A DNA stretch of 32,000 nt from Opitutales bacterium (lineage in GTDB: Bacteria > Verrucomicrobiota > Verrucomicrobiia > Opitutales > PNEW01): positions 1,500,001 through 1,532,000 of the forward strand of contig CBDCNV010000001.1 of the NCBI GenBank assembly GCA_965219535.1. Direction: 5' to 3'. Every line of letters starts with the position of its first letter. Position 1 is the first letter of the stretch. Positions 27,891 through 32,000 of the stretch are shown here, one piece after another. Made by a program: the position numbers and the translations under genes. Under the pieces are notes generated by a model. That model was not told where the DNA came from, did no database searches, and saw only the letters and a program-made list of their open reading frames with translations.

Positions 27891-29066
27891 ATGAAAATTA
27901 CGGCGATAGAAGTTTTAGGACAGAAGCTAAATACTGCTTTTATCAGAGTAAAAACTGATGAGGGGATTACGGGAATCGGAGCCACCTCAGCACCACCCCC
28001 TGTCATTGAAGCGATTATTAATTCCGGACCGGATAGCCTTCGGCATTTTATCGAGGGAGAAGACCCCACGCATCTCAATGATCTTTGGAGGAAGATGTCT
28101 CAACAATGGCTGGCGAGGCGCGGTCGCGGTGGAGAGGGTGGGCTCGCGATTAACGCGATGGCGGCGGTAGATTTAGCCTTATGGGATATATGGGGTAAAA
28201 CCCATAATATGCCGATATACAGGCTTCTTGGTGGATCCCTACAGGATGAGATTATGGCCTATGCGAGCAGTCAGGCTTTGGATCTACAGAGCAATCCGGG
28301 AGACAAAAAAATTAAACTGAAGCCAACTGACATTTTAGTTCAAGAAGCTAAAAAACGCGTCAAAGAAGGATTTAAAGCAATCAAGTTTGGATGGGGAGAC
28401 AATTTCCACTCGGAGGATGAATCCGCGATGGCGGCCATTCGCGAGGTCGTTGGACCAGACATCCGGTTAATGCTCGATTTTGGATGTCCCGCCTATCATC
28501 AACCGGGCTTGACGGTGAAAGATGCGATTAAACGAGCAAAGATGATGGAGAGGTATGATTACTTTTTCTTTGAGGAGGCACTACACCCCTACAATGTAGA
28601 AGGATTTCGCGCGTTGACAAAGCAAGTAAATATCAAAATTGCAACAGGTGAAAGTCTAACCACGGTTGATGAATTTAAACCTTTTATTTTTACCCATGCA
28701 GTTGACATCATTCAACCTGATGCACAGCAAATGGGTTTCACTCAGTTTCTTCGCGTCACCCGGATGGCTGAAGACGCCAACATCCTTTGTGTCCCCCATG
28801 GACCATGGTCGCCGATTCTTATCGCTGCGCATCTGAATGCGCTGGCAACGACAAGAAACGGAATAATGATCGAATATCCCTCGCCCGATGTTTTCCCCTC
28901 AGAATCAAGGAGATCAAAATATTTAAAACTTCTTTTTGAAAAAGGTTTCGAAAATACCCTCAAACTTCGCGATGGATTTCTACAACTACCCGATGGTCCT
29001 GGACTGGGATTGGGTGACTATAATAGCGAGGTATTTAAAGAACTAAATAACCTGGGTGAGGATTAG
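27891..29066 (+). CDS. mandelate racemase/muconate lactonizing enzyme family (enolase superfamily) protein
   Basis: Has MKITAIEV, ALWDIWGK, FKAIKFGWG, EEAL and DIIQPD metal-ligand-type motifs. Confidence 0.9.
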   Translation: MKITAIEVLGQKLNTAFIRVKTDEGITGIGATSAPPPVIEAIINSGPDSLRHFIEGEDPTHLNDLWRKMSQQWLARRGRGGEGGLAINAMAAVDLALWDIWGKTHNMPIYRLLGGSLQDEIMAYASSQALDLQSNPGDKKIKLKPTDILVQEAKKRVKEGFKAIKFGWGDNFHSEDESAMAAIREVVGPDIRLMLDFGCPAYHQPGLTVKDAIKRAKMMERYDYFFFEEALHPYNVEGFRALTKQVNIKIATGESLTTVDEFKPFIFTHAVDIIQPDAQQMGFTQFLRVTRMAEDANILCVPHGPWSPILIAAHLNALATTRNGIMIEYPSPDVFPSESRRSKYLKLLFEKGFENTLKLRDGFLQLPDGPGLGLGDYNSEVFKELNNLGED

Positions 29067-29098
29067 CATGCATGAAGTGATTATTTCATCCGATGAAT

Positions 29099-29872
29099 TC
29101 ATGGTTTTTCAACACCCTGTTTTTCCAGACTGAGAAAGAACTCACGGTTTCCGTCAGCCCCTTTTATGGGGGATTCCATCTGGCCAATTTCTTTACTTCC
29201 CCCGAGATAACGGGCGCAGAATTCTCTAATCTCCGCGACAACCTGTTCATGAATAATTGGGTTTTTAATGATACCCTTTGCCTGGCTAACCAATTTTTCC
29301 CCCGCTTCGAATTGCGGTTTTATTAAGATAATTAAAATACCATTTAATTTTACTAAGGGCCAAATGACGGGCAATACCTTGCGCAGTGAGATAAAGGAGA
29401 GATCAACCACGATCAAGTCATAGAGTGGATAGGGCAATAAATCCGGAGACAAATCTCGAACATTCACTTTTTCGAGATTGGTAACTTGAGGGTTCTGGCG
29501 CAGTTTTGGATGAAGCTGGTTGTGCCCCACATCGATGCATGTTACGGTTTTTGCCTTCTGTTGAAGTAAGTAATCGGTAAATCCTCCAACCGAAGCACCG
29601 ACATCGAGAACGATTTGGCCTATTACAATCACGGGGTATTGATCCAGAAAACCCGCAAGTTTATCACCACCGCGACTGACATAGCGTGGCGGATCGATGA
29701 CAAGGAGGTCAATATCACGAGGAAAAGATTTACCCGGCCTATTGAGAACACTTGATCCACATTTAACTTTACCTTCAAGGATCATATTCCTCGCTTGCGT
29801 TCGCGAGCTAGAGAGACCGCGTTCTAAGAGCAGTTCATCTAGTCTAACTTTGGTTGAATTTCGCGTCTCCAT
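29099..29872 (-). CDS. tlyA: TlyA-family rRNA (cytidine-2'-O)-methyltransferase
   Basis: S4-like N-terminus RLDELLLERGLSSSRTQARNMILEGKV followed by an FtsJ-type VLDVGASVGGFTD motif. Confidence 0.9.
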   Translation of the reverse strand: METRNSTKVRLDELLLERGLSSSRTQARNMILEGKVKCGSSVLNRPGKSFPRDIDLLVIDPPRYVSRGGDKLAGFLDQYPVIVIGQIVLDVGASVGGFTDYLLQQKAKTVTCIDVGHNQLHPKLRQNPQVTNLEKVNVRDLSPDLLPYPLYDLIVVDLSFISLRKVLPVIWPLVKLNGILIILIKPQFEAGEKLVSQAKGIIKNPIIHEQVVAEIREFCARYLGGSKEIGQMESPIKGADGNREFFLSLEKQGVEKP

Positions 29873-29919
29873 TTTAAAACGAAGTGTGCTGAAAAAATTA
29901 AAAGAAAATTGGATACCAA

Positions 29920-30474
29920 TTAATCTTCTAATTGCTTTTTACCTTTGGCTAGTGTTTTAAAAAAAAGTTTTTCTAATTTCGGATTGCAGTCACCCATCTC
30001 GGTAACCACGTTTTCCGCCCAGTATAAATATTCAATTTGTCTATCTTTTGGCCACCCCTTCGGTGGCGATGTAGCCATGGTCGAGATGTTTGAAATTTTA
30101 TCTGCGAGTTTAACCTGCTTTCCTCGCAAACTGAGACGAGGCGCATTTTCAATTTGAAGTCGTTTTCTTTCAGATTTAAGCAATCGCTTATCATCGGTGA
30201 CTTCCATGACAACAGATAGAACCTCAGGACCAAAGCGCTCGTTTATTTCATCAGGTTCAGTATCCGTGTCTTCGATCGTATCGTGGAGAATCGCGGCAAT
30301 AAGAGTAACCGTATCGGTCACACCGCCCACACGCGCCAATAATTCTGCCACTTCAACGGGATGATTAAAATAAGGCTCAGCTTCTACATTCTTACGTCTC
30401 TGATTACGATGCTTTTTCGCAGCAAAATGAGTGGCCGACAGAAGAAGGGCGGAAATATTCTCTTCTTGACGCAT
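29920..30474 (-). CDS. HD-domain (p)ppGpp hydrolase, RelA/SpoT-homolog small alarmone hydrolase type
   Basis: Has AAKKHRNQRRK, PYFNHPVEVA and AAILHDTIEDT, at 184 aa with no synthetase domain. Confidence 0.8.
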   Translation of the reverse strand: MRQEENISALLLSATHFAAKKHRNQRRKNVEAEPYFNHPVEVAELLARVGGVTDTVTLIAAILHDTIEDTDTEPDEINERFGPEVLSVVMEVTDDKRLLKSERKRLQIENAPRLSLRGKQVKLADKISNISTMATSPPKGWPKDRQIEYLYWAENVVTEMGDCNPKLEKLFFKTLAKGKKQLED

Positions 30475-30478
30475 AGTA

Positions 30479-31282
30479 TCAGTTTATTTTCTCGCTGGGG
30501 GAATCCGTGATGTTCGGTTTGGAAATTTCAATAAAAGCCAAAATAACCCCGTTTTTGTTATAACACCAATTCTCTTCGTCAAAACTAGGGGCGGAGTAAG
30601 ACGAGGTTTCTGGATAATCTTTAAAAAGCTGCTCTAATTCTTCGACTGAACGAAACCTGACACCCTTTGAGTAAGGCAAGCCGGTTTGATGACAATCTGT
30701 TGTTATCAGTAATTTTTCTCCCGGTTTCAGGCATCGATACATTTGTTCTAAGGCTATTTCGGTTTTTTCAATATGTTCGATTACCGAAATACTGGTTATA
30801 TAATCGAAGCTGGAGCCGGGGTAGGGAATATTAAGTAAATCGATGTTTTTAATAGAAAGATTAGGCGCTCCTCTCGTTAATATTGATCTCCATTTCAGGT
30901 AGAATAATTCGTTCTCCTTTCTCGGCAAAAATCCCAAGTATCGAAGTGCGGATTTAAAAAAACGTTGCGACAAAAGGTCAGAGACGACGGGGCTTGCGGT
31001 GAAAGCGGCTAACCAGAATCCAGTGAAAGTATTGAATGAACCGGTATCTAATATTTTTATTTTAGCATTATCAGTCGGTATTTTTTGAAGCACCTTGAAT
31101 AGTTCCCAATCCCGCTGCCGGGGTGGAAAGGGAAAATTATCAGGTAGATGTTGCTTTACCTGTTTGTCATAACGCTGAAGAAAATCGCGACATTCTTTGC
31201 TGTCACGTTCTGATTTCCGGTAATAGTATATAGGGAGGGGTCGATCCATTTCCGAGGCTTGGTTCACTATTTTAACGCCCAT
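30479..31282 (-). CDS. class I SAM-dependent methyltransferase
   Basis: Has ILDTGS (motif I-like) and FDYITSISVIEHI (motif II/III). Confidence 0.75.
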   Translation of the reverse strand: MGVKIVNQASEMDRPLPIYYYRKSERDSKECRDFLQRYDKQVKQHLPDNFPFPPRQRDWELFKVLQKIPTDNAKIKILDTGSFNTFTGFWLAAFTASPVVSDLLSQRFFKSALRYLGFLPRKENELFYLKWRSILTRGAPNLSIKNIDLLNIPYPGSSFDYITSISVIEHIEKTEIALEQMYRCLKPGEKLLITTDCHQTGLPYSKGVRFRSVEELEQLFKDYPETSSYSAPSFDEENWCYNKNGVILAFIEISKPNITDSPSEKIN

Positions 31283-31460
31283 GCCTTTAGCCGGCTTTCA
31301 AGCTGCTGGCGACTTCTTATTCGGAACTATTGTGACAATATGACTAAGAGGGTCTGCTCAAAGCTGATCAGTCACGGCAGACACTTCACATTATGTGGAG
31401 ATTCTCGGCAAAAAGTTAAGGGGGGAGATTTTTAAATGAATGATAAAAAAGAGGTTGACA

Positions 31461-31510
31461 AAGTGGGGTATAATGTCATGAAATGTCAAATTATGGTGAA
31501 TTAAGTGGGT
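31461..31510 (+). promoter_or_regulatory. five phased 10-bp repeats, candidate MraZ operator
   Basis: The decamers aaGTGGGgta, taATGTCAtg, aaATGTCAaa, ttATGGTGaa and ttAAGTGGGt share a G at position 5 and run in 10-bp register. MraZ is known to bind 10-bp-spaced GTG-type repeats upstream of its own gene. Confidence 0.3.
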
Positions 31511-31515
31511 TCATT

Positions 31516-31965
31516 ATGGTAGCATTAGAGTCAGAATCTTTATACGTGGGGGAGTTTCGTCACAATCTCGACGCGAAAAACCGGGTAACGGTACCGTATA
31601 AATGGCGGTTTCGAGGGGATGACATAGATGTCTATGTCGCGTGGCCGCATCCCAATGGTTACATTGTCATTTATCCTCCGCGGAAAATTGAAGAATTTCG
31701 AGAGAAGTTGTTACAAATCCCAGAGAGTGATCCCCGCGGGCAGCGCACTTTACAAAAGCTCTTTGGAAAAGCCCATAATTTTGGATGCGACTCACAGGGA
31801 CGAATCAAGCTCCATGAAAAACTGGTCCAATCCGCGAGGATTGAGAAAGAGGTGGTGCTCGTTGGCTTGGTAGAGAAATTCACGATTTGGGGTGCTGAGC
31901 AATTCGACCAACAGGATGAAGAGGAATTTGATCTGCAAACAGCGATGAAGGATTTAGGCATTTAA
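31516..31965 (+). CDS. mraZ: transcriptional regulator MraZ
   Basis: Has FRHNLDAKNRVTVPYKWR and a second half-domain DSQGRIKLHEKL. ATG 31516 gives a typical N-terminal length. The ORF track starts at ATG 31483. Confidence 0.9.
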   Translation: MVALESESLYVGEFRHNLDAKNRVTVPYKWRFRGDDIDVYVAWPHPNGYIVIYPPRKIEEFREKLLQIPESDPRGQRTLQKLFGKAHNFGCDSQGRIKLHEKLVQSARIEKEVVLVGLVEKFTIWGAEQFDQQDEEEFDLQTAMKDLGI

Positions 31966-32000
31966 CTGAAATCAAACAAACTATGCAACTACGTAAGAAC

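Noticed and set aside
1-32000. A search for CRISPR arrays, rRNA or tRNA genes, integrases or recombinases other than the IS transposase, restriction-modification or other defence genes, and toxin-antitoxin pairs.
   Set aside because: By eye I found no regularly spaced direct repeats, no conserved RNA gene signatures and no ORFs with nuclease, ATPase or defence-type motifs. An exhaustive repeat or HMM scan was not possible here.

Overview
This 32-kb chromosomal window is mostly ordinary coding sequence, about 42% GC by eye. The gene content suggests a PVC/Verrucomicrobia-like marine bacterium, which is a low-confidence guess based on FG-GAP/VCBS, PhyH and Gfo/Idh/MocA genes and a PilX_N-type pseudopilin. 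It ends at mraZ, the first gene of the dcw cluster. Housekeeping genes I recognise are queH, nadK, tlyA, an HD-only (p)ppGpp hydrolase and mraZ. A roughly 13-kb block (10.4-23.8 kb) looks like an uncharacterised sugar or small-molecule catabolic cluster. It holds 3 phytanoyl-CoA-dioxygenase paralogs, 2 Gfo/Idh/MocA oxidoreductases, an SDR, an aldo/keto reductase, a 950-aa FG-GAP protein, a glycoside-hydrolase-like protein, a polysaccharide deacetylase and an MFS transporter. The only clearly accessory part is 3.4-8.9 kb, where two apparently identical 1345-bp IS3-family copies sit in inverted orientation. One copy is a clean insertion with a 4-bp target duplication (GGTT) that splits a PilX-like gene, and I can rejoin that gene in frame. 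The other copy has no target duplication and abuts an N-terminally truncated gene. In both copies, transposase frames orfA and orfB each carry exactly one in-frame TGA, and each TGA lies inside a short in-frame extra segment. I found no CRISPR array, tRNA or rRNA gene, recognisable defence system or toxin-antitoxin pair. The more speculative items are the IS recoding or insertion pattern, an orphan small-ORF transcription unit (1635-2027) and the PhyH-rich cluster. None of them is demonstrated to be a novel system from sequence alone.
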